Assembly: GCA_038087875.1 (NCBI GenBank)
Contig: JAXLNO010000143.1
Coordinates: 1-64,000, forward strand
DNA from: Malacoraja senta
Lineage: Eukaryota
DNA length: 64,000 nucleotides
Direction: 5' to 3'
Shown: positions 41,290 through 52,784 of the stretch, in pieces
Numbering within the stretch: position 1 is the stretch's first letter
Layout: every line of letters begins with the position of its first letter
Notes under the pieces: model-generated
Seen by the model: the letters and a program-made list of their open reading frames with translations, nothing else
The model's database searches: none
Told to the model about the DNA's origin: nothing
Translations under genes and position numbers: made by a program

Positions 41290-41735
41290 TTTTTTAACCA
41301 AAAATAATTTAATTATTTACAATAATATGTACAGTACAAAATAAATCAAATCAAAACCCACCACCATAATTCAGGTCAAACAAATATACTGAATATACTA
41401 CTATACAACTATCACCATCCTTATTGAGGGTGCTTTCCTCGTCCCACGGTGCTCAGTGGTCCCAGAAATCCCCCAGGGAGCCCGTGGACAGCGCGTAGTC
41501 CCTTTCTAAAACCAACCGGGCATGGACGTGATGCCGGAAAAGGGGCAGCTAGCAGGCTCGGGTAGAGCCCTCTTCCGCCTGGTCCTGGGCCTTGTGGATG
41601 GCCAGCTTGGCCAGGCCTATGAACAACCCAACTAGGACATCTTCGGCCCGACGCACAGGGTGTCCAAAGATGAGGATGGTGGGTGTGAAGTGCAGCCAGA
41701 AGGCAAGGAGCAGCCCCTTTCGGTATTGGAACCCC
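41290..41735 (-). mobile_element. Tx1/L1-clade 3' fragment
   Basis: Same family as 18.1-19.2 kb (KGLLLAFWLHFTPTILIFGHPV) with an A tail. Confidence 0.7.
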
Positions 41736-41964
41736 CCAGCGGCGCTGTCCTTTTACGACCACTTCCCACTTTACAGCCGCTTCCCATCAGCTGCCAGCAA
41801 TGAGGGATAGACTTGGCTATCCCTCAGTACAGCAACATCGTTCTTGATGTTGCTGTACTGAGGAACAGCCAAGTCTATCTTTCTTGGCTAACAAACCTAA
41901 CCTTCGGCCTGCAGGTAAATTGTCGTGCCTTATTTTTGGGTAAACGATAGCGTCTTCATTGCCG

Positions 41965-42398
41965 GAAATACGGTATTTAAAAACATAAAGCTCAAAGAAA
42001 TCTACTTACCACATTATTTGTACACTAACTACGTTCTTCTCTCTTTGTTTCATAAGATACTCTTAAGATAAGGACGATCCATGTTTGAAAAACCCGCCAA
42101 GAAACTTGCGCTGCGCATGCGCAGACCACTGTGTAAAGGCAGAATTTCAGCTAGATTCAGCTCCCCTTGTCATTGAAGGTTTGAAGCAGCGTCGACGGCA
42201 CGTGAGCTGCACATACTTTCACGTATTACATGTACTGCGGATGAAAGGCATGGGAGAATTATACCTACCGAAGAGATCGATCTCTTAGGTAGGCATAATT
42301 CTCCCGTGCCTTTACTATTTATATTTAATAATGACCATTTTATAATTTTAGTCAGGGTAGGCAATGCCTACCTTGCCTACCCTGATGGCACGTGCCTG
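41965..42398 (-). mobile_element. Terminal fragment of a hAT-like non-autonomous element; second copy in opposite orientation at about 46903-47334
   Basis: ~420 bp shared in inverted orientation; CAGGCACGTGCC-type end at 42398; internal palindrome. The hAT assignment is tentative. Confidence 0.55.
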
Positions 42399-42399
42399 T

Positions 42400-44357
42400 C
42401 AGGGACAGGCCTAACAAAAGTCCACTCAGTACTTTGTCCTGCAGCAACTCCGATGCTCGACAAGAAGCGGATGACACTGATGGAGCTTCATCTCTGGCTT
42501 GTTGCTGTTCCGGCTCAGTCCCATCTATGGTAGCATCAAGCCATCTTTTCGTCTATGCTGCTGAAGAGAAGTTAACTTTGCTGACAGGCACAGCATTAAC
42601 CTGCTTTCTCGTTGGCTCCATCCAATATGCTTTGACCTGGGTGACTGTTGTCTTCTCACTAATCCGTACTCCAGTGTCAATACCAAAGAGAACCGTCACT
42701 ACATGGGTACAAACTACTCCAAGCCCTGCCTTGCAATCACAGTGGACACTGTATATCTGGCCATTTGTCCCATTTGTCCCAATAGTGGGAGCCGCCATCT
42801 TGGAGGAACGGCTGCTGAACAGCAGCCGTCCGTCAAATTCACCTTTTCTTTAGTTTTAGTGTTTTTTATTTCTCTGTTTGTTTGGGGAATTTTGACTTTT
42901 AATGTGGGGGGGTAAAGGGGAAACTATTCCTAGGTCCCTACCTGGTCGGTGAGGCAGCTTTTTCTCCAGGCTGCCTCGTCGACCCGTCCTCGTGGCCTAC
43001 CAGCGAGCATCGAGCGCCGTTTCCTGGCAGGGACCGCCCAGCACCTTCAGGTTCGGTGGCGGCATAGCGCTGGAGCGCTATCGGGGAGCGTAGCGGGCGA
43101 TGCCTTGCCTGGGCCGCCGCGCTGGATCGACGCGCTGGAGCTCCGGTGAGCTGGACCGCCGACACCAACACCTCCAGGCTGCGGGACTGCGGGGCGACCA
43201 GCTGCGGGCGGCTGCGCCGACTCCAACATCGGGAGCCTCGTGGCTCCAAATCGGCGCGGCCCTGTCGGCTTCAGGTGCCATCGACTCCGTCGGGAAACCG
43301 TCCGTTCCAGCCGCTGCGAGGACTCTCCCGACGGCCAGGAACATCGGGCCTCCGTAGAGGCAACTGTGGTGGCCTCGATGGGCCTGACTCTGGGGAGAAC
43401 TGGGTTGGGGACTGGACATTGTGCCTTCCCCCACAGTGGTGGTCATTGTGGGGGGGATGATTTTGTGTGCTGTGCCTGTGCCTGTCAGTCCGTGTACAAG
43501 ATGGCGGTCGGAGGGGAGAGTGGACGCTGGCGCGAAATGGTCGCCGCTGCTCTCTCCTCAAATTGTGTTTCTTATTTTCTTTTGGTGCTTTTGAAATTGA
43601 ATTCTGTCCTTGATTTGTGTACTGTGGTGTTTTCTTATTTAATTTATTCCGATTATGTGTTTTCTGTTTTGTTGTGATTCTATGCATTGTAAGGTGTCCT
43701 TGGGTTTTAGAAAGGCGCCAGTAAATAAAAAGATTATTATTATTATAATAACCCACGTCATCAATGGCTTAGAATTCACGCCGACAGCTTGTGAGTGCAG
43801 AAGGTGCGAGGATAATTGAAAAGAAAAAGAGTTAAAATAGCTTCCAATAAGTAATAGCATAAATAACATAAGTAAGTAATAGCATAACGATAGAAAACGT
43901 ACTTTTCCACACACCACTCGTAAGTCTGGAGAATTATTTGCGATGTATACACTAGTGTCGTGTAACCAACCATTAGCAAACTGATTGTAAGCCTCAGATG
44001 ACTTGTTGGCCTGAAAATTCTTTGCTGTGTATGGATGGGGCGTTGAGATGAGGTAGGCCATGATGTCCATGGAATTAAGTTCTGGCAGTTGGGAGATGTC
44101 ATGGGATCTCTCAGCTTCAGGCACTAAATAATGATCAATACCATTCAAGGAGACTTTTTGGACATATTATTCGTACTCAGCTGCGAGATTTGAGGCATAC
44201 TGCGACAATTGAACGGATGCGGGGGCACAGGACGGGCTCGCTACACTGGAAGCCATGTTGAGTGCTTACCTGCAGTTCACCGCATGTACTCCAGTTGGCG
44301 TTGCGTGGCAACAGTACAGGTCACGGGTCGTGACCTCGACAGCCGTGCAACCTCCCT
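42400..44357 (-). mobile_element. ISL2EU/Kolobok-type DNA transposon remnant with a spliced SWIM-domain accessory gene
   Basis: ANKSSEAYNQFANGWL...VCGK|intron|VLHSQ...PLMTWV...GQIYSVHCDCKAGLGVVCTHVVTVLF (CxC..CxH); candidate terminus AT|AGGGAGG at 44357. Confidence 0.65.
42785..43750 (+). mobile_element. GC-rich non-coding retroposon with an L2-type tail, inserted in the SWIM exon
   Basis: 3' end TGTAAGGTGTCCTTGGG..GAAAGGCGCC..AATAAA(TTA)n; the host frame rejoins as WVI|IGTNG. Confidence 0.78.
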
Positions 44358-44844
44358 ATAGTCTGGGTTGGGTCTGAACTGGGATGTCTGGAACCGGAGC
44401 TGGAATCCACGAGGTAAAATATGGATGCGCAGGCAAGTCTCGATGGTCAGCGTGGACTTGGTGGGCCGAAGGGCCTGTTTCCACGCTGTATCTCCAAACT
44501 AAACAGACATAGTAATGCAGCAGGTAGAGCTGCTGCATCACAGCACCAGAAATCCGGGTTCGATCCTGACCTTGGGTGCTGTATGTGTGGAGTTTGCATG
44601 TTCTCCCTGTGACCACATGGGTTTCCTCGAAAGACATGTAGGTTTGTAGGTTAATTGGCTGTAAATTGCCCCTCGCGTGTGGGGAGTGGATGAGAAAGTA
44701 AAATAACATAGAACTAGTGTGAATGGGTGATCGATGGTTGGCGTGGACTCGGTGGGCCGAAGGGCCTGTTTCCATGCTGTATATTTCAATCAATCATTTG
44801 TTCACCAGACTGCAGGCTGCAATGCACTACGTTTAAAATATGGA

Positions 44845-45067
44845 TGCGCAGATGGCGCAATGGGCTAAGTGTTCGGCTGGCAACCGGAAGGTAGCCGGTT
44901 CGAATCCCGCTTGGAGTGCATACTGTCGTTGTGTCCTTGGGCAAGACACTTCACCCACCTTTGCCTGCGTGTGAATGTTGATATGTTGATATCAACATAT
45001 GGATATGGATAATTCTCTGTAAAGCACTTTGGTTTCAAGTGATTTGATTGAAAAGTGCTATATAAAT

Positions 45068-45110
<43 letters not shown>
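44845..45110 (+). mobile_element. tRNA-derived SINE with an L2-type tail and (TA)n
   Basis: A box TGGCGCAATGG, B box GGTTCGAATCC, body GTGTCCTTGGGCAAGACACTT, tail TGTAAAGCACTTTG...AAAAGTGCTATATAAAT. Confidence 0.8.
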
Positions 45111-45113
<3 letters not shown>

Positions 45114-45344
45114 AGTACTTCACAAATTTCTTGTCACCAGATCTCTTTTAATGAAAGTGGATTTGATTCTGGGTAATTACATACTAATATAAAATAACTT
45201 CATGGCTGGTTGAAGCACGTCATAAAGGGAATTGCTCCCAGCTAAACATCAACGGTCACAGACACTTGGCACCTGTTGATAAACTAAACGCAGACATTTA
45301 TAACAGGTCACGTTAGACAAGAATAGACAATCATTTTTATTCAG

Positions 45345-45645
45345 TGTATGAGAACCAAGGACACAGGTTGAAGGCGAAGGGTGAAAGATTTAATGGGAAC
45401 CTGGGGGGGCAACCATTTCACACAGAGGGTAATGGGTATATGGAACCAGTTGCCAGAGGAGGTAGTTGAGGCAGGTATTATAACAACATTTAAAAGACAC
45501 TTGGACAGGTTCATGGATAGGAAATGTTTAGAGGGATATGGGCCAAATGCAGACAAATGCGATTATTGTGGATGGGTATCTTGGTTAGCATGGACGAGGT
45601 GGGCCGAAGTGTCTGTTTCCGTGCTGTGTGACTCCATGACTCTTC
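45345..45645 (+). mobile_element. CR1 3' end fragment
   Basis: FTQRVMGIWNQLPEEVVEAG...LEGYG. Confidence 0.8.
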
Positions 45646-47582
45646 GATGCCCTTGCGATTCAAGATGTGCAGATGCTCGTGAGGTGTGGACACCGTCCTC
45701 CACCATTCCCTCAGGCAGAGCATTTCAGATTCCAGCCCCTCTCTGGAGAAAATCCCCCCCAAATCTTTCTAAGCCTTCCACCTTGATTTATTATATCGTC
45801 TGAAAAAGGGTCGCAACCCAATATGTCACCTATCCATGTCATCCAGAGATGCCACCTGACACACTGAATTACTGCATCATTTTAGACAATAGGTGCAGGA
45901 GTAGGCCCATTTGGCCCTTCGAGCCAGCACCACCCTTCAATTTGTGTCTTTCCTTGATAAACCAGTATCTACAGTTCCTCATTCCAGCATGGAAACAGGC
46001 CCTTCGGCCCATTGAGTCCATGCTGACCATCGATCGTGTTCACACTAGTTCCTTGTCTTTATACATTGATACTATCCCCCTTTTTGTAAACACACCACCA
46101 TGGGAAAAAGCTTCTCACTAACCATCCAAAATACACCTTCTCATAATTTAGTATATCTCGCCCATCACTGGGCAGCACCGTGGCGCAGCGGTAGTGTTGC
46201 TGCCTCACAACACCAGACCCAGGTTCAATTCCGACTATGGGTGCTGTCTTTATGGAGTTTGCACGTTCTTCCTCTGACCGCATGGGTTTCCCTCCACATT
46301 CCAAAGATGTGCAGGTTTGTAGGTTAATTGGCATCGGTAAAATTGTCCCTAGTGTGTAGGGTAGTGCAAGTGCATTGGGATCACTGGTCAGTGTGGACTC
46401 CGTGGACCGAAGGGCCTGTTTCTGTGCTGTATCTATAACAAAACACCGTCTCCTGTATAACCAAGTCTCCAGTCCAGCCAAGCTCTATGTGTAAAAAAAC
46501 AAACAGCTGATAAACCCAGCGGGCCATGCAGCATCTGTGGAGGGAATGGGCGGTTCCTCTCCTCTCTGTCCCTGAGGCTGGGTCAGAGTGCAATGCAAAT
46601 TGGGCTCTGGAAACAGTCACATAACATCACACGTATTATGTAGACGGGACACACAAAGCTGTAAATGCCGGAACCCAGAGCGACAACGTGCTGGATCAAC
46701 TCTGAGGGTCGGGCAGCATCTGTAGAGGCAAATTGACAGGCGACGTTTCAGGGCGGAACTCTTCTTTGGAGCGATGGAGTAGAGCGGAGAAATATGGTAG
46801 AGAGAGATGTGAGGGGAAGGGGTGGGGCAGGAGGTGGCAAGTGATAGGTGGAAACAGTGAAACTAGATGCTGGTATACAAAAAAAGGACACAAAGGAGTA
46901 ACTCAGTGGCAGGCAAGGTAGGCACTGCCTAGCCTGACTAAAATTATAAAATGTAATTATTAAATCTAAATAGTAAAGGCATGGGAGAATTATGCCTATC
47001 TAAGCGATCGATCTCTTAGGTAGGCATAATTCTCCGTGCCTTTCATCCGCTTGCAACACACGAAGGTCTGTGCAACCCACGTGCCGTCAGCGCTGCTTCA
47101 AGCCGTCAATGACAAGCGGGGCTGAAGGCAGCTGAAATTCTGCCTTTGCAATTCTGTGCAGGTGCAGCAGCCTACTGCACATACGCAGCGCTAGTTTCTT
47201 GGCGGGTTTTTCAAATATGGATTGTCATTATCTTAAGTGTATCTTAGGAAACAAAGAGATAAGAATGGAGTTTGTGTACCAATAATGTGGTCGGTAAATC
47301 TCTTGGTGCTATATGTTTTTAAATACCGTATTTCATGGGGGGGGGGGGGGGGAGAGGAAGAGCTCCTTTCACAGTGTTTGGAGAATCTGGGTAAATTTGT
47401 GGGGAGGGTAGGAGTATTGTGAAAGAGGGGGTCGGGGATTATGCCAGTAACCCACTTGCGACGCTCCAGGCACGAAGCCACCGCATTGTGCCCGGGGAGT
47501 GAATTAGCTCAGGTGGCTGCGACCGGCCGCTGGGACGGACAGCCCCTTCTGCCGGCCCCCGCTCACCTCTGCAAGTGCTCTC

Positions 47583-48183
47583 CAAAGATACTAGAGCAGA
47601 GCAAGATGCGCCACTCTGCGAAAAAAGCGTAGTATGACATGGGTGAGTGTTGACGCCATTTTACCGGACTGCAATTTTCAATAATAATAATAATATTTAC
47701 AATAATATTAACTAAATATGTGAAGTGATAGATGCTATATAAAACACTGTTCCCTACAACACGGATTACACCAAAGATGATAGAGCGGATCAATCTTTGG
47801 AACGGATTACACCAAAGATACGAGAGGAGCATTGCCCGCTGCCTCGGGAGCGCCGACGCTTGAGGCTCTCCCGACAGACAGACAGAGAGCCTGGTGCCGG
47901 CTGCATTCATCTGGTATCGGGGAGACCGAGTATCAGTCCTGGATCAACTCAGGAGTGGAGGAAATGCCCTCTTCCCCCAAAGATACTATAGGAGCCTCCA
48001 GTATCTTTGCTCTTCCCTGCGACCTGATGTAAGCGCAGATTGTATAACTGTGGAGTCCGTCCCCGCTACCAAAGATGTCGCGTTTTGCATTAAAAAATGG
48101 CGGCCGTGACGTTCCGTTACGTACTACACGTCACTCCATTGGATTTCGGAGGAGTGGTCTATCTTGCTCCTCTAGTATCTTTG
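47583..48183 (+). mobile_element. 601-bp MITE of the same P-like family as 8746-14111
   Basis: CAAAGATACTAGAG...CTCTAGTATCTTTG; 8-bp TSD GTGCTCTC at 47575-47582 and 48184-48191; both subterminal regions are shared. Confidence 0.9.
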
Positions 48184-48828
48184 GTGCTCTCCGTCTGAAA
48201 ACCTCTCTCCTCACAATTATTCCACTCTTTCAAATCTCTAAGGCAATTGGAAAACATTTATATAGATCAGGCATAGAATTTACATTAAATGATCCAATAA
48301 CTATTTATAATTTGGAACACAAATCTTGCACATTTGAACAGGAGCAGTGACTATCTTTTAAAAAAAAAAACATGGGATCATACATCACATTACTGCCATA
48401 AATATATTGCGTAACTTCATGATTATATATATTCTTTATCAACTATTATTTGTGCAACAAAATCTGAAGCTCTAAACATCACATTTGGAAGGTTCTCCCT
48501 CAACTTGTCAATGTTTGAGAATGATGGCAGCTTTTGTCAGTTAGCAGACCAAGGAATGTCTCAGGTGCCTCACAATGGGTGGAGAATTACACATTAAACC
48601 CCAACTCAAGTGTAGAACCCACCCAAAGATGCCATCTTCATAATGGAGGTGAAGAGTAGCAAATCAGTTGCAATTAACCTCCCTCACCGACCGCTGCTAT
48701 ATAATGCAGCCCGTTAGTAAAATGGGTCATCTGCCATCAACTTGTCAGCACCATCTTGGAACATGGATCCTCGCGAGCCCTTCACCCCACTGACTCCACA
48801 CCAACCATCAGCCATCCAATTTTACACT

Positions 48829-51800
48829 AATAATAATAATAATATATTTTATTGTCATTGCACATATGTGAAACGAGATGTGGTATGCAGCTTCCATCCG
48901 ATGTCATAACTTAAACAACTAATAACATTTAGATTTAGATACCCCGAGAAACATGATTTATAAAAAGAACAGTAAAACAGTCAAAACAGTCTAAAGTGCA
49001 AATGTGTCTGTGCCGGGTCGATGTGCGACGTGACCATCCGAGGGAGACAGTTCATGGGGGTGGGGGGCACTCAGCAGGGCCGATTCAGAGCAGCTATATC
49101 TCTGGGGATGAAGCTGTTCCTGAGTCTGGCGGTGCGGGCGTAGAAGGCCTTGTAACATCTGCCTGAAGGTAGGAGTTCGAACAGTCCATTACAAGGGTGT
49201 GAGGAGTCTTTGTGGATGCTGACGGCCTTCCTGAGGCACCATGTGTAGTAGATGCTTTCCAAGGCTGGTAGCTGTGTCCCAATAATCTTCTGCACTCTGT
49301 GGACGACGTGCTGAAGAGATCTCCTCTCCCCCTCCGTGCAGCTGAGATACCACACAGAGATGCCATACGTTAGGATGCTCTCTGTGGTGCAGCGGTAGAA
49401 GGTTGTCAGCAGCTGTTGGGGCAGACCAGTCTTTTTCAATATTCTCAGGAAGAACAGTCGTTGCTGTGCCTTCTTGACCAGCACAGCGGTGTTGGTGGAC
49501 CATGTGAGGTCCTCTGAGATGTGTGTGCCCAGAAACTTAAAGCTGGACACTCTCTCCACACTGTCCCCGTAGATGGAGATTGGGGCGTATTCCCCATTAT
49601 GTGTCCTCCTGAAGTCGATAATCAGCTCCTTGGTCTTGGAAGAGTTTAGGGACAAGTTGTTATCTGAGCACCAGTCAGCCAGGTTCTGCAACTCCGCTCT
49701 GTAGTTTGGTGATCAGCCTGATCACCGTTGTGTCGTCTGCAAACTTGACGATGATGTTGGTGTCGAATGCAGGAACACAGTCATGTGTGAAGAGGGAGTA
49801 GAGCATGGGGCTTAGTACACAGCCCTGTGGTGTGCCGGTGCTCAGGTTGATAGTGGAGGACAGGTGCGGGTCCAGTCTCACTGCCTGCGGTCGCTCCGTC
49901 AGAAAATTCAGGATCCAGTCGCATATCGGCGAGCTGAGGCTTAGCTGGTGGAGTTTGGTGGTGAGCTTGGTGGGGATGACCGTGTTGAAGGCAGAGCTAT
50001 AGTCTATGAAGAGCATCCTCACGTACGTGCCCTGTCTTTCCAGGTGAGTCAGGACAGTGTGAAGAGCCAGAGAGATGGCATCCTCTGTGGATCTATTTGC
50101 CCTGTCTGCAAATTGATGAGAGTCCAGTGAGGCAGCGATGCTGGATTTGATGTGAGAGAGGACCAGCCTTTGAAAGCACTTCATGGGTATTGGATGTAGG
50201 GCAACTGGGCGGTAGTCATTTAGGTTGGTGACTTTTGACTTTTACGGCACCGGCACTATGGTAGCTGTCTTCAGGCACTTGGGGACCGTTGGCAGAGATA
50301 GAAACAGGTTAAAGATCCTCGTGAATACCTCAGCCAGCTGTACAGCATAGTCCTTTAGTACCCTCCCTTGGACTCCATCTGGGCCTGCAGCCTTGCGTGG
50401 ATTGATCCTACCTCCTGAGTGCTCAGTGTTAAGACCTGTCCCTCCACCATGGCCGGGGTTATTCCACGCCTGGTGGTGTTGCCAGTTTCGAAGCGGGCAA
50501 AGAAGGTGTTTAACTCATTGGCCAGTGTGATATCACTGTGGGGGCAGGCGGGGCTGCTCTTGTAGTCAGTGATGTCCCTGACACCCTGCCACATGCTTCT
50601 GGTGTCTGTGGTATTGAAGTGGTCTTCCACCCTTTGCCTGTGGATGTCTTTGGCCTTTTTTATGCCTTTGTTCAGGTTTGACCTGGCAGCACTGTATGCA
50701 GAAGTGTCCCTGGATTTAAAGGCATTGTTGCGTGCCCTTAGCAGATTCTGAACCTCCTTGTTCATCCAGGGTTTCCGGTTTGGGAACATCTTTATTTGCT
50801 TGTCCACTGTGACAGACTCCACACAGCAATTGATGTAGGAGAGCACAGTGGATGTGTACTCCTCCAAGTCTACCTCTGTACCACTGGTAGCCTGTTGTGC
50901 AAACAGGTCCCAGTCGGTGCGATCAAAGCAGTCCTGGAGTTGTAAGGTGGCGTCCTCGGGCCATATTTTGACCGTCTTTATTGCAGGTTTGGTCTTGCGG
51001 ATGAGGGGTTTGTATGCAGGCAGTAGAAACAGTGAGAGGTGATCGGATTGTCCCAGGGATGGGCGGGGGAGAGCTCTGTATGCGTCCTTGATGTTGGTGT
51101 ACACTTTATCCAGCGTATTTGAGCCCCTGGTAGGGCACTGCACATGCTGGTGGAATTTGCGGAGTGCAGCTCGTAGGTCGACCTGATTAAAGTCCCCTGC
51201 AACAATGAAGGCACCGTCGGGGTGAGCATCCTGCTGCTTACTGACAGCCGAGTGCAGCTGTGCTAGCGCTAGGTTAGCATTAGCCTGTGGTGGAATGTAT
51301 ACGGCCATGATGATAACCCCAGTAAACTCGCGAGGCAGATAAAACAGCCTACATTTAAGCAGTAGGTATTGCAGATCTGGGGAACAGTAGCTCTCTACTG
51401 CAGTGTGGTTGATGCACCAGTCATTGTTGATATAGATGCAGAGCCCGCCGCCCTTGCACGATGCAGTGACCGGTTCGTTCTGTCTGGAACCAGCACGCTG
51501 AGCCTAGGTCTCTGTGAAGATCAGCACACAGCAGTCTTTCAGGGATCGCTGGGTGTTGATCCAGTGCCTTACCTCATCCAGCTTGTTGGTGAGTGACCGG
51601 ACATTTGCGAGAAAGGCTCTTGGTAGGGATGGTCTTTGTGGAGCCCTCCGTAGCCTGTCCTGCACCCCCGCTCGCCTTCCACGTTTCTGCTTTCTCTCCC
51701 GGCGCTTGCTCCATCTCCTACTCTCTGGAGTGGTGATCCAGGGGGATGTTCTGCCAGCTCCATCGGGATTTTGGTGAGGGTACTGTAGTACTCACAAGCC

Positions 51801-52070
51801 AGTTTCTTGCAGCCATGTCCGATGATGAGCAGTTCCGTTCGGCTCCATGTGCGACCTGTCGGGATTACGGTGCGGGTGCTGGATTTCCCCGTCCTGGTGG
51901 TGAGTCCCTTACTGAGTTTTCTGGGGGTACTGGGATTTCTAGGGGTTCTCGGGGTTCGGAGGTATTTAAGTACCTTCTTTCCACAGCCGCGTTCGGTACT
52001 GGGCTGCTCCGAATTGACTCGGACTGGGGAGCGCAAAGATGCTGCGTGTGAAACTGCCGCCATCTTCTGT
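48829..52070 (-). mobile_element. Rex1/Babar LINE, near full length (APE endonuclease plus RT), frameshifted
   Basis: [49 protein letters not shown]; (TTA)n tail; AAGATGGCGGC near the 5' end. Confidence 0.92.
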
Positions 52071-52627
52071 GGCCTTTGCTAACCCTCCCACGTTCCCATC
52101 AACTCCTCCCATTCTCTACCTCTCACCTGCATACTAGACACAGCATATAGTAGCCAATTAGCCCACCAATTCATGTAGTTTTCATTTGGATGTAGCAGGA
52201 AAGTCATAGTACCCAGAGAAAAACTGAGAAGTAAATGGGAGATATTTGCACAGTGCAGTGAAGGATGCTAGTTGATGACCATTTTTGGTGCGTGGAGTAT
52301 GCAATCAGATTCAGGGCACACGAGTGAAACATAGGAAGATGGTTTTCACCTTGGTTGAGCAGACAGGAAGGAACACAGTCACCTTGACCCCAGTAACCCC
52401 GTGCAGACCCCAGGGAACGTTAGACAGCAGTTATACGCCTCTGCCGCAATTAACATCCCCGTGCTGCTAGTGTTGCAAATGATGTCCAAAGTGCTTCTGT
52501 AACCCTGCATCAGGTGGACCTGTGGATCTTCTGAAGATGTCCCATGGCCAGTCTCTAATCTGTGGTTGACACACAAGGTGGGAGACTTGCGACGGAGCCA
52601 GTGGAAGCCCGCTGGCGGATTGCCCCA

Positions 52628-52784
52628 TCAATCTGCGGACACGTTCTCATCCGAGCGGCCAGGCCACATCTCCTTCTGCACCTGCACGGTGACACAGCCT
52701 AGCCAGCTGTGGCTAATCAGCATCGCTCCAAATATCTCCCACTTGCCATGCTTCTCGCGGTACGCCTCAATGGTGTCCTGGTAC
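52628..52784 (-). CDS. Candidate terminal coding exon of an unidentified host gene
   Basis: Pyrimidine tract plus TCTCCAG acceptor, open frame YQDTIEAYREKHGKWEIFGAMLISHSWLGCVTVQVQKEMWPGRSDENVSAD*, GC3-rich codons, non-repetitive sequence. Confidence 0.45.

Noticed and set aside
44850..44915. tRNA gene (also the heads of HE1-like copies)
   Set aside because: A/B boxes run into a SINE body and LINE tail; no complete cloverleaf.
41965..47334. One 5.4-kb element bounded by 420-bp TIRs
   Set aside because: The recognisable terminus faces inward in both copies and no outer TSD is seen; two independent insertions fit better.
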